From Opitutales bacterium (lineage in GTDB: Bacteria > Verrucomicrobiota > Verrucomicrobiia > Opitutales > T3Sed10-336), in NCBI GenBank assembly GCA_022565335.1, contig JAIUMY010000002.1:24395-88394 (forward strand): a stretch of 64,000 nt of DNA. Direction: 5' to 3'. Below the pieces are notes generated by a model. That model saw only the letters and a list, made by a program, of their open reading frames with translations, searched no databases and had not been told where the DNA came from. Position 1 is the stretch's first letter; each line of letters opens with the position of its first letter. Shown one piece after another: positions 35,841 to 48,259 of the stretch. A program made the translations under genes and the position numbers.

Positions 35841-37610
35841 TCACAGACGGGACAGAACCAGTTGGCGTTGATACACCAACTCCTTGGGTATCCGGTCATG
35901 CAGTAACAAAAACAGTTCTTCCTGGGCCAGGAGTTCCTTGATCCAACCTTCGGTATCAATGTGCTGAACCTCGTGGAATTTCTTTTCATCAAACCCCGGC
36001 AAACCTTCAATATCCATATCCTGCACCCGGGGCATCCAGCCCAATGCCGTTTCTATGCCCCCGGTTCCGTGGCAACGATCGATGATCCAGCGTAAAACCC
36101 GCATATTCTCCCCAAACCCGGGCCAAAGAAACTTTCCCTTGGAATCCCGACGGAACCAGTTCACATGAAAAATACGCGGCGGATTGGTCAGCTTTTTGCC
36201 GATCTGCAACCAATGGTGGAAGTAATCGCCCATATTGTATCCACAAAACGGTTTCATGGCCATCGGGTCGCGCCGGACATTTCCTTGAACGCCTTCGGCC
36301 GCGGCAGTCGTCTCCGAACCCATAGTAGCTCCCAAATAAACCCCGTGAATCCATTCAAACGCCTGAAAGACCAACGGCACCACGGTTTTTCTCCGACCGC
36401 CGAAAATGACCGCCGAAATCGGCACCCCCTCGGGATTATCGACCTCGTGCGAGATCGCCGGATTGTTCTTCATCGGTGCGGTGAAGCGACTATTCGGATG
36501 GGCGGCGGGTTCGGACGATTCGGGTGTCCATTCCCGCCCTTTCCAGTCGATACATTTCTCCGGTGGCGGCCCGTCCATGCCTTCCCACCAAACGTCCCCA
36601 TCCTCGGTGAGCGCAACGTTGGTAAAAATCGTATCCTTCTGAATGGCGCTCATCGCATTGGGATTGGAGGACTCGCTGGTTCCGGGGGCCACCCCGAAAT
36701 ACCCCGCTTCCGGATTGATCGCCCAAAGGCGTCCGTCTTCCTTCGGCCACATCCAGGCGATATCATCGCCCACCGTCCAGATCTTCCAGCCCTTGTATTT
36801 TTTTGGTGGTATGAGCATGGAAAAGTTCGTTTTCCCACAGGCACTGGGAAAGGCTCCGGCCACATAGGTCCTTTTTCCCTCTGGCGATTCAACCCCTAAA
36901 ATCAACATGTGCTCCGCCATCCAATCCTGTTGACGCCCGAGATAAGAACCAATGCGCAGAGCATGGCATTTTTTTCCCAACAAGGCATTACCGCCATAAG
37001 CCGAGCCTACCGAAATGATCATATTGTCCTGCGGAAAATGCGCGATGTAGCGTTTTTTCGGATCCATCTCCAGCATACAATGCAGGCCCCGGTTAAACTT
37101 TCGACTGTTGCCCAACTCATCCCAGGCCACCTGCCCCATGCGGGTCATAATGCGCATATTCAGCACGACATACAGGGAGTCGGTAATTTCCACTCCCACC
37201 TTGCTCAAGGGGCAACCCGGAGGTCCCATCAGGTAAGGCACCACGTAGAGCGTTCGCCCTTGCATACTCTTTTGCGCCAAATTGTAAAGCTTCTCATACA
37301 TCTTGTCCGGGGCTTCCCAGTTATTGGTGGGCCCCGCCTCCAGGCGGCTTTCGGTGCAGATATAGGTACACCCTTCCACCCGGGCCACATCGTTGGGATT
37401 CGACCGGTGCAGATAACAGCCGGGCCGCTTTTCCTGGTTTAGCGGGATCAATAGCCCCTCGTCTACGGCCTGCGCATACATTCGGTCCTTTTCCTCCTCC
37501 GAGCCATCACACCAATGAACCTTGGCTGGCTCACAAAGTTTGATTACTTTATCCACCCAGGCCAAGACTGACCGATTGTGGGGGAGTACTCCGGAGAATT
37601 TGTTGCTCAT
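35841..37610 (-). CDS. pckG: Phosphoenolpyruvate carboxykinase (GTP)
   Basis: 589 aa. [11 protein letters not shown] kinase-1a motif and [10 protein letters not shown]; GTP-PEPCK family. Confidence 0.93.
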   Translation of the reverse strand: MSNKFSGVLPHNRSVLAWVDKVIKLCEPAKVHWCDGSEEEKDRMYAQAVDEGLLIPLNQEKRPGCYLHRSNPNDVARVEGCTYICTESRLEAGPTNNWEAPDKMYEKLYNLAQKSMQGRTLYVVPYLMGPPGCPLSKVGVEITDSLYVVLNMRIMTRMGQVAWDELGNSRKFNRGLHCMLEMDPKKRYIAHFPQDNMIISVGSAYGGNALLGKKCHALRIGSYLGRQQDWMAEHMLILGVESPEGKRTYVAGAFPSACGKTNFSMLIPPKKYKGWKIWTVGDDIAWMWPKEDGRLWAINPEAGYFGVAPGTSESSNPNAMSAIQKDTIFTNVALTEDGDVWWEGMDGPPPEKCIDWKGREWTPESSEPAAHPNSRFTAPMKNNPAISHEVDNPEGVPISAVIFGGRRKTVVPLVFQAFEWIHGVYLGATMGSETTAAAEGVQGNVRRDPMAMKPFCGYNMGDYFHHWLQIGKKLTNPPRIFHVNWFRRDSKGKFLWPGFGENMRVLRWIIDRCHGTGGIETALGWMPRVQDMDIEGLPGFDEKKFHEVQHIDTEGWIKELLAQEELFLLLHDRIPKELVYQRQLVLSRL

Positions 37611-37796
37611 GAGGGAAAGTTAGTGGGTGCGACATAGAGGGTCAACCCGCAAGAACCCTTTCTGCCCATAGCCTATCCCCCTCTTTGCGCCGAAAAGAAA
37701 GGCGTTGTCCTCCCGCGGCGATAGGGAGCGCTTTCTTATTGAGCTCATCCCGAACTCTCACCAAACTATCCATTTCTTCCCCATCCCTACCCTCCC

Positions 37797-38267
37797 ATGA
37801 TATTCGGCTATCAGAACGATCCTCACCGCAACATTCTTCTGCCTGGTCCCGTTTGGGCCGAAGTTTGGGCATGGATCGACCGCGAGGCCGCCCAAATCCC
37901 CGACGGCATCTACCCCCTGCGCGGCGACGATCTCTTCGTCAACGTGCACGGCTACACCACTATCCCCCCCACCGAAGCCCGCTTCGAAAGCCACCGCCGT
38001 TACGTCGATCTGCAATATATGATCGAAGGCCGGGAATACATTGACTACCATCCCACCGCAGCCCTCTCCAACGATGGGGCCTACGATGAAGAAAAGGATC
38101 TTCTCTTCCATCTTCCCGCAAAACCCCAACTCCACCTCCCCATGACCCCGGGCGCTTTTGCCGTGTTCTACCCCGAAGATGCCCACCGCCCCAAAGTCCA
38201 GATAGACACCGCTGCCCCCCTGCGAAAATTAGTCGTCAAAATCGCCCTCCCCCTTCTCCGGGAGTGA
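37797..38267 (+). CDS. YhcH/YjgK/YiaL (DUF386) family protein
   Basis: 156 aa. FESHRRYVDLQYMIEGREYI and FAVFYPEDAHRPK are typical of the family. Confidence 0.8.
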   Translation: MIFGYQNDPHRNILLPGPVWAEVWAWIDREAAQIPDGIYPLRGDDLFVNVHGYTTIPPTEARFESHRRYVDLQYMIEGREYIDYHPTAALSNDGAYDEEKDLLFHLPAKPQLHLPMTPGAFAVFYPEDAHRPKVQIDTAAPLRKLVVKIALPLLRE

Positions 38268-38330
38268 AGGCAGAATGACCTCCGAAACTCCTGCCGCAGG
38301 AGTAGGAACCGATCGGGACGTAAAGTCCCA

Positions 38331-38370
38331 ACAAAAAGCCGTGCGGCTTCCGGAGAGGAAACCGCACGGC
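38331..38370 (-). terminator. Rho-independent terminator downstream of rpoC (hairpin shared with the convergent YhcH-family gene)
   Basis: GCCGTGCGG...CCGCACGGC perfect 9-bp stem (38338-38370), extendable by TTCC/GGAA. On the minus strand it is followed by TTTTTGTTGGG. Confidence 0.7.
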
Positions 38371-38393
38371 GGGTAAAGGGTTTGTTTTTTGAA

Positions 38394-41300
38394 TTAGCTG
38401 GCTTCGTTCGCCACCGTTTCGGAATTCTCGGAAGAAGAATCCTCCGGCAACTCCTGCTCTTCCGCGTCCACCCGGGCGGTGATCTGGAGGTTACGGTAAC
38501 GGGGAAGTCCGGTTCCTGCGGGAATCAGATTGCCCATGATGACATTCTCCTTGAAGCCACGCAAATCATCTACCTTACCCAGCGTTGCTGCGTCGGTAAG
38601 TACCCGTGTCGTTTCCTGGAAGGATGCCGCCGAAATGAAACTTTCGGTTTCAATGGAAGCCTTGGTAATCCCCAGCAAGACCGGCTCGGCCTCGGCAGGT
38701 TTACCTCCGGCTTCGGTCAGCCGTTGGTTTTCCTCAAGGAAGGTCGAACGGTCAACTTGCTCACCCCAGAACCAATCCGCGTCACCAGGATCAGTGACCC
38801 GAACCTTACGGAGCATTTGGCTAACAATGACCTCAATGTGCTTGTCATTAATACCAACGCCTTGGAGACGATATACTTCCTGTACCTCGGAGATGAGGAA
38901 ATCATGCAAAGCGGAAGCTCCGAGAACCTCGAGAATCTCATGGGGATCGGCCGAACCCTCGGTAAGATGCTGGCCTTTGGATACCATATCACCAGGTTGA
39001 ACGATCAGATGCTTGCCATGGGGAATCAAGTGTTCTTCTTCCTGTTCGGAATCGGGATTGCTGACCACTAATCGTTTCTTTCCACGAAGCGTTCCGTTGA
39101 GAGATACGATTCCATCGATTTTCGCCATTTCCGCGGCATCCTTCGGACGGCGGGCTTCGAAAAGCTCGGCCACCCGGGGAAGACCACCGGTAATGTCCTT
39201 GGTCTTGGTCGCCTGACGGGGAGTCTTGGCAAGAATGGTACCGGGAGTGATGGTATCCCCTTCACTGACCGAAACCTGCGCGCCGGTCGGAATCGGGTAG
39301 GCTCCGACCAGTTTGCCGTCGTCGTTGACGATCTCGACCTGCGGATGAAGATCGTCCTTGTGTTCGATCACGGTGGTGGCGATACGACCGGTACTTTGGT
39401 CAATCTCACGTTTGACTGTTACGCCGGGGATCATGTCGTGGAACTTGATGGTTCCACCCTTTTCCGCCAAAATAGGAATGCTATAGGGATCCCATTGCGC
39501 CAGCATCGCACCCTTCTCAATCTTTTCGTCATGGCCGGCAAAGAGAGCGGAACCAACGACCACCGGATGGCTTTCCAGCTCACGGTCCTCGTTTTCGTCC
39601 ATAATCATGACCGTTCCGGTCTTATTGATGGCGACCTGAGCCCCTTCCTTGGTCGTAACAAAACGAATACCCTTGTATTTGACAATACCACTGCTACGCA
39701 CGCGGATTTCCGGATTTTTGTATTGCCCGGAAGCAACCCCGCCGATGTGGAAGGTCCGCATGGTTAGCTGCGTACCCGGCTCACCGATGGATTGGGCGGC
39801 GATAATCCCCACCGAAGCACCGGGCTCAACCATGCGATTGGTCGCCGGATTGATCCCGTAGACCTGAATCGGCATCTCGCGGGGAGAATTGCAAGCCAGC
39901 GGGGACATCACTTTGACCCGCTCGATTCCGGCGAACTGGATTTTATCCGCGATCTCTTCGGTGATCAATTGTCCATGACTGGCCAGGACATCATCCGGGT
40001 TGGCAGGATCAATGACCTCTTCACTGGAACAGCGTCCAATGATACGTTCCTTGAGACTCACACTCTCCTTGTCACCTTCGTAAATGGCTTGTTTATAAAT
40101 GCCATCACGGCTGGTGACCGGGATTTCGTTAACGATGACATCCATCGCCACATCACAAAGCTTACGGGTCAGATAACCAGCATCCGCAGTTTTGAGGGCG
40201 GTATCCGCCAAGCCCTTACGGGCACCGTGGGTCGAAATAAAGTATTCCAACACCGACAGGCCTTCACGGAAGGAGGAGAGAATCGGCCGCTCGATAATTT
40301 CACCGGAAGGCTTGGCCATCAAACCACGGGCTCCACAAAGCTGCCGAACCTGTTGGCGATTACCACGGGCCCCGGAATCCATCATAACGAAAACCGGATT
40401 CACTTCCTTGCGCCCGACATTGGTCTCGATACGCTCGAAAACCGCCGCCGCGATCTCGTCGGAGGTCACGGTCCAGATATCCTGGACCTTGTTACCCCGT
40501 TCGCCTTGGGTGATAATTCCCTGGCGGTACTGTTTCTCGACGACATCGATTTCCTTGCGGGCCTTCTTGATAATATCCGGTTTGTTTTCCGGAATAATCA
40601 TATCGTCGATACCAATCGAAATGCCGGCCCGGGTCGCGAATTCGAAGCCCAGCGCTTTCAGATCGTCAAGCACCTTGATGGTTCGTTCCCGGCCCGCGAC
40701 TTTAAAGGAGTCGAGAATGAATTGGGACAACTTCCCTTTGGACACGCTGAAGTTGACAAAACCAATCTCGGATGGCCAAATTTGGTTGAAAATAATCCGT
40801 CCCACCGTGGTCCGAAGCACCTTCTTGGTCGAATTTCCGTAAATGGTTTCCTTGCCATAGTTGGGGTTTTTAAAATCAACCCAACTGTGGATTCCCAGGG
40901 CGCCGTCATTCCAGGCGGTAACGATTTCCTGTGGGTCATCGCTGACCGGAATGCGAACTTCCGCCGCTTTGGGATCCCGTGGTGGCAAGGTGAGGAAGTA
41001 CGATCCCAAAACGATGTCCTGGGAAGGGGTGAGGATGGCATTTCCGCTGGAAGGCGAGAAAATGTTATGCGTAGCCATCATGAGGAGCTTACACTCCATA
41101 ATGGCTTCCAGCGACAAGGGTACGTGCACCGCCATTTGGTCACCGTCGAAGTCGGCGTTGTAAGCGGTACAGACCAGCGGGTGAACGCGAATCGCTTCGC
41201 CCTCAATGAGCACTGGCTCAAAGGCCTGAATGGACAAACGGTGAAGCGTTGGCGCCCGGTTCAGCAGAACCGGATGGCCTTTGGTCACTTCGTCGAGAAT

Positions 41301-42536
41301 GTCCCACACTTCCGGGGACTTCTTCTCAATCATCTTCCGGGCCCCGCGAACGGTATGAACAAAGCCCAGTTCCTTGAGTCGTCGGATGATGAAAGGTTCG
41401 AACAGCACCAAGGCCATTTTCTTGGGCAAACCACACTGGTTGAGCTTCAGCTCCGGACCAATGACGATAACCGAACGACCGGAATAGTCGACGCGTTTCC
41501 CGAGAAGATTTTGCCGGAAACGGCCCTGTTTCCCTTTGAGCATATCGCTGAGGGATTTGAGGGGGCGGTTGCCCGGACCAGTTACGGCACGACCATGGCG
41601 GCCGTTGTCGAATAGAGCGTCCACCGCTTCCTGCAACATCCGCTTTTCGTTATGAATAATAACATCGGGCGTTTTAAGTTGCAGCAGATTGCGCAGACGA
41701 TTGTTCCGGTTAATCACCCGGCGATACAAATCGTTGAGATCGGAGGTGGCAAAACGTCCGCCTTCCAAAGGAACGAGCGGGCGAAGGTCGGGAGGAATCA
41801 CCGGAAGAGCATCCAGAATCATCCACTCGGGCTTACTTTCCGACTTCATAAAACCCTGGATCACTTTGATCCGCTTGGAGACCTTTTTCTTGATTTGCTT
41901 GGACTTGGTGTTGCGGAGTTGGTCCTGTAATTCATAAACCAGATTTTCGAGATCCAGACGGCCCAGAACATCACGGACCGCCTCAGCGCCCATTTTGGCC
42001 ACAAAGGCGTCGTCACCGTACTCATCGAGCGCTTGGAAATACTCGTTTTCGGTGAGCAACTGGCGCTCTTCCAAAGGAGTTTTCCCGGGGTCGACCACAA
42101 GATAGTTCTCGTAATAGATCACCCTTTCCAAGCTCCGGGCAGTCATATCAAGGAGGAGCCCGAGGCGACTGGGCATACTTTTCAGGAACCAGATATGGGA
42201 AACCGGAACGGCCAGTTCGATGTGCCCCATGCGTTCACGGCGTACCCGGGCCAAGGTCACCTCGACACCACAACGGTCACACACAATGCCTTTGAATTTG
42301 ATGCGCTTGTATTTTCCACAGGCGCATTCGTAATCCCGCACCGGTCCGAAAATCCGCTGGCAAAAAAGCCCGCCGGGTTCCGGCTTGAAGGTTCGGTAAT
42401 TGATCGTTTCGGGGTTTTTTACCTCCCCGCGTGACCAGGAACGAATGGTTTCCGGGGAAGATACGGTTACGGTAACTTCTTCCGCCTGTTTCTCCTCCTC
42501 GAACGAAAGTACTTTAAACATTTCTTTGGTACTCAT
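38394..42536 (-). CDS. rpoC: DNA-directed RNA polymerase subunit beta'
   Basis: 1380 aa. Catalytic NADFDGDQM and zinc-binding CxCGK motifs near the N-terminus. Confidence 0.98.
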   Translation of the reverse strand: MSTKEMFKVLSFEEEKQAEEVTVTVSSPETIRSWSRGEVKNPETINYRTFKPEPGGLFCQRIFGPVRDYECACGKYKRIKFKGIVCDRCGVEVTLARVRRERMGHIELAVPVSHIWFLKSMPSRLGLLLDMTARSLERVIYYENYLVVDPGKTPLEERQLLTENEYFQALDEYGDDAFVAKMGAEAVRDVLGRLDLENLVYELQDQLRNTKSKQIKKKVSKRIKVIQGFMKSESKPEWMILDALPVIPPDLRPLVPLEGGRFATSDLNDLYRRVINRNNRLRNLLQLKTPDVIIHNEKRMLQEAVDALFDNGRHGRAVTGPGNRPLKSLSDMLKGKQGRFRQNLLGKRVDYSGRSVIVIGPELKLNQCGLPKKMALVLFEPFIIRRLKELGFVHTVRGARKMIEKKSPEVWDILDEVTKGHPVLLNRAPTLHRLSIQAFEPVLIEGEAIRVHPLVCTAYNADFDGDQMAVHVPLSLEAIMECKLLMMATHNIFSPSSGNAILTPSQDIVLGSYFLTLPPRDPKAAEVRIPVSDDPQEIVTAWNDGALGIHSWVDFKNPNYGKETIYGNSTKKVLRTTVGRIIFNQIWPSEIGFVNFSVSKGKLSQFILDSFKVAGRERTIKVLDDLKALGFEFATRAGISIGIDDMIIPENKPDIIKKARKEIDVVEKQYRQGIITQGERGNKVQDIWTVTSDEIAAAVFERIETNVGRKEVNPVFVMMDSGARGNRQQVRQLCGARGLMAKPSGEIIERPILSSFREGLSVLEYFISTHGARKGLADTALKTADAGYLTRKLCDVAMDVIVNEIPVTSRDGIYKQAIYEGDKESVSLKERIIGRCSSEEVIDPANPDDVLASHGQLITEEIADKIQFAGIERVKVMSPLACNSPREMPIQVYGINPATNRMVEPGASVGIIAAQSIGEPGTQLTMRTFHIGGVASGQYKNPEIRVRSSGIVKYKGIRFVTTKEGAQVAINKTGTVMIMDENEDRELESHPVVVGSALFAGHDEKIEKGAMLAQWDPYSIPILAEKGGTIKFHDMIPGVTVKREIDQSTGRIATTVIEHKDDLHPQVEIVNDDGKLVGAYPIPTGAQVSVSEGDTITPGTILAKTPRQATKTKDITGGLPRVAELFEARRPKDAAEMAKIDGIVSLNGTLRGKKRLVVSNPDSEQEEEHLIPHGKHLIVQPGDMVSKGQHLTEGSADPHEILEVLGASALHDFLISEVQEVYRLQGVGINDKHIEVIVSQMLRKVRVTDPGDADWFWGEQVDRSTFLEENQRLTEAGGKPAEAEPVLLGITKASIETESFISAASFQETTRVLTDAATLGKVDDLRGFKENVIMGNLIPAGTGLPRYRNLQITARVDAEEQELPEDSSSENSETVANEAS

Positions 42537-42554
42537 AGTCAGTTTTCCTCCTTG

Positions 42555-45500
42555 TTAGGCTCCGTTGCCATTGGTGTTTTTGCGAGATTTGCCCACTTTA
42601 ATGTCGAGTCCGAGGCTTTGGATTTCCTTGACCAAAACATTAAAGGATTGCGGGGTTCCGGCGGAAAGGGAGTTATCCCCTTTGACCAGAGATTCGTAGA
42701 TCTTGGTGCGACCTTGTACGTCATCGGATTTCACAGTGAGAAGTTCCTGCAGGGTATAGGCCGAACCATACGCTTCAAGAGCCCAGACTTCCATCTCCCC
42801 GAAACGCTGACCACCGTATTGCGCTTTACCGCCCAAAGGTTGTTGCGTAATGAGGGAGTACGGTCCAACCGCCCGGGCGTGGATCTTGTGCGCGACCAAG
42901 TGGTTCAGCTTGAGCATATACTTGTAGCCGACCACGACTTCCTGCTCCAGTTTTTCACCGGTGCGGCCGTCGAAAAGGGCACTCTTACCGTGCGTTGGGA
43001 GGCCCGCCTCTTCCAGATATTCGCGAACCTTGGATTCCGGAATACCATCGAAGACCGGAGTTGCGATATGAATCCCCAGTTTGCTACAGGCCCAACCCAT
43101 GTGAGTTTCCAGAACCTGTCCGACGTTCATCCGCGAAGGAACCCCCAGGGGATTCAAGCAGATTTGCACCGGAGTGCCGTCGGGAAGGAAAGGCATATCC
43201 TGCTCGGGAACAATTTTGGCCACAACGCCCTTATTCCCGTGGCGGCCCGCCATTTTATCGCCGACCTGCAATTTCTTCTTGGTGGCAATGTACACCTTAA
43301 CATGTTTGATTGCCCCCTGCTCGATATCGTTTCCGGCTTCAATACTGGCGGTCTTGCGCTCTTTATCCGCTTCGAGTTCATCGAATTTGCTCTGGAAGGA
43401 ACCGATGATTTCCATGATCTTCACCCGGACCGGGGAAGGATCAATCTCCACGTATTTGGCGACCGCAGACAATTTCCGCAGCAGTGTCTTGGTGATTTTC
43501 CGGTTGGCGGGAATGATCTTCTCCCCGGTATCGGAATTGACCACATCGAGAGGGATTTTCTCGCCAAGGAGGATATTGGACAGGGACTCCGTCAGAGCCT
43601 CCCGTTGCTTATCCATTTGGGTCCGGTATTCCTCGTTGATTTGTTTGATTTGGCGGCGGCGGTCAGAGGGAGAAAGTTTTTCCTTTTCGCCTTCCAGACG
43701 ATTGGAAACTTTCACATCCATAACGATGCCGGTCACCCCGGAGGGAACGATCAGAGAAGTGTCCTTTACGTCCGCGGCCTTTTCTCCGAAAATGGCCCGC
43801 AGGAGTTTTTCCTCGGGTGCCAACTCGGTCTCACTTTTCGGGGTGATCTTGCCAACCAGGATATCGCCGGGGTTGACCTCGGCACCGATGCGGATAACCC
43901 CATCGTGGTTGAGATTCCGAAGTGCTTCCTCACCAACATTGGGAATATCACGGGTAATCTCCTCGGGGCCCAACTTGGTATCACGGGCGTTCACCTCGAA
44001 CTCCTCAACGTGAATGGAAGTCAAAAGGTCATCCTTAAGCACGCGGTCACTGATTAAGATAGCGTCCTCGAAGTTGTAACCACTCCAAGGCATGAAAGCC
44101 ACCAGCAGATTGCGTCCGATGGACAACTCCCCCTGATTGGTGGAAGGCCCGTCGGCAATGACTTGGCCGGCCTTGATCTGGTCGCCCTTGGAAACGATCG
44201 GTTTCTGATTAAAGCAGGTTCCGGCATTGGAGCGCATGAATTTGCGCAGCTGATACACTTCGATCCCCTTTTTGGGATCTGATTGCATCTTTTTCTCAAA
44301 GCGGGAGGGCAATTCGCCGTCCGGAGATACTACGACATGGCGGGCATCCGCATAGGCGACAATTCCGTCACTCACCGCAACCGCCACCGCACGACCGTCG
44401 CGGGCGACCTGGCTTTCAATACCCGTGCCGACAAAAGGACGTTCAGTTTGCAGCAGCGGAACGGCTTGCCGTTGCATGTTCGCGCCCATCAAGGCACGGT
44501 TGGCGTCATCGTGCTCAAGGAAAGGAATCATGCCTGCCGCCACCGAAACGACTTGCTTCGGCGAGACATCCATATAGTCCACTTTCTCTGGCTCGACTTC
44601 AAGGAATTCACCTTGGTAACGAACCGTTACCCGTCCGTTGAAAGAGCCGTCTTTCTTGACGTCGGAATTGGCCTGCGCCACCACCTTGGACTCTTCCTCA
44701 TCGGCGGTCAAATACTGGACTTCATCGGTTACTTTACCACCGGCGCATTTCCGGTAAGGCGTTTCGATGAAGCCGAATTCATTGATCCGGGAGTAAATAC
44801 TCAAAGTATTGATCAGACCGATATTGGGACCTTCGGGAGTTTCAATGGGACAAATGCGTCCGTAATGGGAAGGATGAACGTCGCGAACTTCAAAGCCAGC
44901 CCGCTCACGGTTCAAACCGCCTGGCCCCAGAGCGCTGAGACGGCGTTTGTGGGTCAACTCCGCCAAGGGGTTGATTTGGTCCATAAACTGGGACAGCTGG
45001 CTACGGGCAAAAAAGTCCCGCACCACCGTGCTCAAAGCCTTTGGATTGATCAGCTTGCCGGGGGTGATGGAATCGGCACTTTGGTCGTATAAGGTCATAC
45101 GCTCGCGAACCAAACGCTCGGTACGGGCTAGACCAATGCGACATTGGTTGGCCAACAGTTCGCCAACGGTACGAACCCGGCGGCTACCGAGATGATCAAT
45201 ATCATCGAATGTACCCTCGCCGCCTTTAAGACGAATCAGGTATTTGGTGGCTGCTACGATATCTTCGGCGGACAGAATACGTTGTTCGATATCGGCGTTG
45301 AGACCCAATTTTTGATTGATCTTATAACGACCGACCCGACCGAGGTCGTAACGCTTCGGATCAAAAAAGAGCCTTTTCAGCAGCGCCTTGGCGTTGGTCG
45401 TGGTAGGCGGTTCGCCGGGGCGAAGGCGCTTGTAAATTTCTTTGAGAGCTTCCTCTTCATTTCTGGTTGGGTCCTTTTTAAGGGCCCGGATGATCGCTCC

Positions 45501-46337
45501 ATCGTCCGCACTGGTGTCAATGACCCGCAATTGCGGAATACCACTTTTCTGCAACTGGCGGAGGATCGATTTGGTCAACGGCTCAAATGCCCGGGCGATT
45601 ACGGCGCCTTTGTTGGCATCAATCGCGTCTTCAACCAGGACCAGAGTGGAAACATTTTCCATCTCCAGCGTCTCTTCTACTGAAAGGTCACTCAGGTCAT
45701 AGAAGAGTTTTAAAATTTCCAGATCGGAGGTGTATCCCATTGCCCGCAGAAGAGTGGTGATGAGAAATTTCCGACGACGGCGACGACGATCCAGGTAGAC
45801 ATAGAGCAGATCGTTATTATCGAATTGGGTCTCCAACCAAGTCCCGCGGTCGGGATTGATACGGAAGGAGTGAAGCATTTTTCCGGTGGTATGGGCGGTT
45901 TGCTCGTAGGCAATCCCCGGAGACCGGTGAAGCTGGCTCACGATAACGCGCTCGGCTCCATTGATGATAAAGGAACCTCGCTCGCTTACCATGGGCAGCT
46001 CACCCATGTAAATTTCCTCGTCCTTGAGAAGGTCATCCTCACGCAAACGAAGCTTCACATAGAGAGAAACCGCATAGGTCATCCCCTCGCGGATGCATTC
46101 AAGCTCGGTGCTTTTGGGACCGACGATGTTGTAGGAGACGTATTCCAGCACACATTTGCCGTCATAGCTCTCGATCGGGAAAATCTCCCGAAACACCGCT
46201 TCCAAACCAACATTCTGGCGCTGGCCGGGGGCAGTTTCCTTTTGGAGAAACTCCAGATAGGAATCCAGTTGATTCTGGATCAGATTAGGAGGTGGAATGA
46301 CCTCTTTGAGTTGTCCGTAATTGATGCGATCCGACAT
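42555..46337 (-). CDS. rpoB: DNA-directed RNA polymerase subunit beta
   Basis: 1260 aa. Conserved blocks such as GRHGNKGVV and FGEMEVWALEAYGA-like. Confidence 0.98.
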   Translation of the reverse strand: MSDRINYGQLKEVIPPPNLIQNQLDSYLEFLQKETAPGQRQNVGLEAVFREIFPIESYDGKCVLEYVSYNIVGPKSTELECIREGMTYAVSLYVKLRLREDDLLKDEEIYMGELPMVSERGSFIINGAERVIVSQLHRSPGIAYEQTAHTTGKMLHSFRINPDRGTWLETQFDNNDLLYVYLDRRRRRRKFLITTLLRAMGYTSDLEILKLFYDLSDLSVEETLEMENVSTLVLVEDAIDANKGAVIARAFEPLTKSILRQLQKSGIPQLRVIDTSADDGAIIRALKKDPTRNEEEALKEIYKRLRPGEPPTTTNAKALLKRLFFDPKRYDLGRVGRYKINQKLGLNADIEQRILSAEDIVAATKYLIRLKGGEGTFDDIDHLGSRRVRTVGELLANQCRIGLARTERLVRERMTLYDQSADSITPGKLINPKALSTVVRDFFARSQLSQFMDQINPLAELTHKRRLSALGPGGLNRERAGFEVRDVHPSHYGRICPIETPEGPNIGLINTLSIYSRINEFGFIETPYRKCAGGKVTDEVQYLTADEEESKVVAQANSDVKKDGSFNGRVTVRYQGEFLEVEPEKVDYMDVSPKQVVSVAAGMIPFLEHDDANRALMGANMQRQAVPLLQTERPFVGTGIESQVARDGRAVAVAVSDGIVAYADARHVVVSPDGELPSRFEKKMQSDPKKGIEVYQLRKFMRSNAGTCFNQKPIVSKGDQIKAGQVIADGPSTNQGELSIGRNLLVAFMPWSGYNFEDAILISDRVLKDDLLTSIHVEEFEVNARDTKLGPEEITRDIPNVGEEALRNLNHDGVIRIGAEVNPGDILVGKITPKSETELAPEEKLLRAIFGEKAADVKDTSLIVPSGVTGIVMDVKVSNRLEGEKEKLSPSDRRRQIKQINEEYRTQMDKQREALTESLSNILLGEKIPLDVVNSDTGEKIIPANRKITKTLLRKLSAVAKYVEIDPSPVRVKIMEIIGSFQSKFDELEADKERKTASIEAGNDIEQGAIKHVKVYIATKKKLQVGDKMAGRHGNKGVVAKIVPEQDMPFLPDGTPVQICLNPLGVPSRMNVGQVLETHMGWACSKLGIHIATPVFDGIPESKVREYLEEAGLPTHGKSALFDGRTGEKLEQEVVVGYKYMLKLNHLVAHKIHARAVGPYSLITQQPLGGKAQYGGQRFGEMEVWALEAYGSAYTLQELLTVKSDDVQGRTKIYESLVKGDNSLSAGTPQSFNVLVKEIQSLGLDIKVGKSRKNTNGNGA

Positions 46338-46439
46338 GAGATAAGCTACGCTTGGGAGAATTGTTATAGAGGCGGAAAAGCGACCGGCGCCACAAAGGTG
46401 CCCCGGCCGCTGATCTGAAATGGAAAAAAGAGATCAGAT

Positions 46440-46826
46440 TTATTTGACCTCGACTTTGGCACCAGCGGCTTCAAGTTTTTCCTTAACTTGGTTGGCTTCG
46501 TCTTTCTCGACGCCTTCCTTAACTGGCTTGGGAGCCCCTTCAACCAAATCCTTGGCTTCCTTGAGTCCCAATCCGGTGATCGCCCGAACTTCCTTAATGA
46601 CGTTGATTTTCTTGTCGCCGGCAGCGACCAGAACGACGTCGAATTCGGTTTGTTCCTCGGCGGCTGCACCAGCATCACCAGCAGGAGCTCCACCAGCCGC
46701 AACGGCGACCGGGGCAGCAGCGCTGACGCCCCATTTTTCTTCGAGGTCCTTGACCAGACCAGCGATTTCCAGAACGGACTGATTGCTCAGCCATTCGATG
46801 ACTTGTTCTTTAGTAATATCAGACAT
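46440..46826 (-). CDS. rplL: 50S ribosomal protein L7/L12
   Basis: 128 aa. C-terminus [22 protein letters not shown]...[12 protein letters not shown]. Confidence 0.97.
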   Translation of the reverse strand: MSDITKEQVIEWLSNQSVLEIAGLVKDLEEKWGVSAAAPVAVAAGGAPAGDAGAAAEEQTEFDVVLVAAGDKKINVIKEVRAITGLGLKEAKDLVEGAPKPVKEGVEKDEANQVKEKLEAAGAKVEVK

Positions 46827-46992
46827 GATGTTTTGTGGTTCCTTGAGTTGGTTAGTGTTCCAAAAGGAACGTTTAAGAGGTGACTCCTAACGCAATTCCT
46901 CGGATGGTTTGTTTTCTCAACCCCTCGCGACGGACGGGCTGTGAAAGTTTTTTGGTTACGGTTAATGTGATAATAAACAGGGATAAAAAGAA

Positions 46993-47508
46993 TCAGGCGC
47001 TTTCCTGTTCGGATTTGGCCTTGAGGACGTTGAGCAATCCAGTGGGTACGGCGGCGAAAATAGTGACCGTCTGTTGGGCCGGAGTCGAGAGGAGGGAGAG
47101 CAGTTTTGCCCGCAGCACTTCCATCGAAGGCAACTCGGCCAGTGCGCTGATGGCGCTCGCGTCAAGCTCTTCACCGGACAGGACTCCTGCTTTCATTTCC
47201 ACTTTCTCCTTGTCCTTGAAGAACTTCTTCAGGACCTTCGCCACTCCGGAAGGATTGTTGCCTCCGACCACAATGGCCACCGGACCGCTCAAGTGAGCGC
47301 GCAAATCAGGCAACCCCTTGTCTTGGGCAGCAACATTGAAGATGGTGTTTTTGACGACGTGAAACTCCGCACCTTCGCCGGCGAGATTGCCACGCAATTC
47401 CGCCACTTCTTCGACGGTTACCCGATCATAATTGGTCAGGTAAACGTAATCAGATTTGTCGAGGTGCCGGGAGACCTCCTCGACCATGTATTTTTTTTCG
47501 GGTCTCAT
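46993..47508 (-). CDS. rplJ: 50S ribosomal protein L10
   Basis: 171 aa, between rplA and rplL; L10-like sequence. Confidence 0.93.
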   Translation of the reverse strand: MRPEKKYMVEEVSRHLDKSDYVYLTNYDRVTVEEVAELRGNLAGEGAEFHVVKNTIFNVAAQDKGLPDLRAHLSGPVAIVVGGNNPSGVAKVLKKFFKDKEKVEMKAGVLSGEELDASAISALAELPSMEVLRAKLLSLLSTPAQQTVTIFAAVPTGLLNVLKAKSEQESA

Positions 47509-47514
47509 AACGGC

Positions 47515-48207
47515 TTATAGTTTGGAAAATTCAGCTGGATCGAGCCGTACAGAGGGGCTCATGGTGGAAGAAATGGCCGCGTTAACAATATAACGGCCTT
47601 TGATTTCGTCAGGACGGGCCTTGGCCAGAGTCTCCAATATGGCATTGGCGTTCTCGGTCAATTGTTCCGCACTGAAGGAGCGTTTGCCGACGAGAACGGC
47701 AACGTTTCCGGTTTTGTCCATTTTGAACTCCACCCGACCGGCCTTGACGGCTTTAATCGCGGCGGGAATATCGTCGGTGACGGTTCCGGATTTGGGATTG
47801 GGCATCAGCCCTTTCGGTCCCAGGGTCCGGGCGATCGTCCGAACTTCTTTCATCGCCTCGGGAGTGGCGACGGCAACATCAAAGTCGAGCCAGCCATCTT
47901 TAACCTTGGCAATCAAATCTTCCAGACCGGCCTCATCGGCCCCGGCTGCTTTGGCTTCGTCGGCATTGGCCGTAAAGACAATCACTTTCACTTCCTTACC
48001 ACTGCCGTGGGGGAGCGCCACCGTGCCACGCACCATCTGGTTGCTTTGGCGGGGATCGACGCCCAAATGGAAGGACAGTTCGACACTCTCGTCGAATTTG
48101 GCCGCGGGCATGGACTGAAGCACTTTAACCGCCTCAACCAGCGGAAAGCGCTCCGGATGCTTAGCCGCCTCAAAGGCGGATCGGTATCGTTTACTTGGTT
48201 TTTTCAT
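47515..48207 (-). CDS. rplA: 50S ribosomal protein L1
   Basis: 230 aa. FDESVELSFHLGVDPRQSNQMVRG... is an L1 signature. Confidence 0.96.
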   Translation of the reverse strand: MKKPSKRYRSAFEAAKHPERFPLVEAVKVLQSMPAAKFDESVELSFHLGVDPRQSNQMVRGTVALPHGSGKEVKVIVFTANADEAKAAGADEAGLEDLIAKVKDGWLDFDVAVATPEAMKEVRTIARTLGPKGLMPNPKSGTVTDDIPAAIKAVKAGRVEFKMDKTGNVAVLVGKRSFSAEQLTENANAILETLAKARPDEIKGRYIVNAAISSTMSPSVRLDPAEFSKL

Positions 48208-48259
48208 TGTTTAGGGGGCAGTACAAACGCTTTATAAGCTCCTGCAGTTTAGGTGGAAA

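Noticed and set aside
35678-36010. 110-aa minus-strand ORF bridging the lgt-pckG gap.
   Set aside because: Most of it overlaps the 3' end of pckG out of frame, and the remainder is a short intergenic read-through with no motif.
39792-41615. 607-aa plus-strand ORF, with similar long ORFs at 42552-44057 (501 aa), 44283-45092 and 45144-45683.
   Set aside because: They lie entirely antisense to rpoC and rpoB. Their low-complexity, stop-poor translations have no motifs. These are classic shadow ORFs of highly conserved genes.
46381-46437. Two hairpins between rplL and rpoB: CTGATCT-N14-AGATCAG at 46410-46437, and an imperfect GC-rich stem at 46383-46409 followed by TTTT on the minus strand.
   Set aside because: This could correspond to the classical rplL-rpoB attenuator. 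However, the stems are imperfect or lack a proper U-tract, so I am not confident enough to annotate a terminator.
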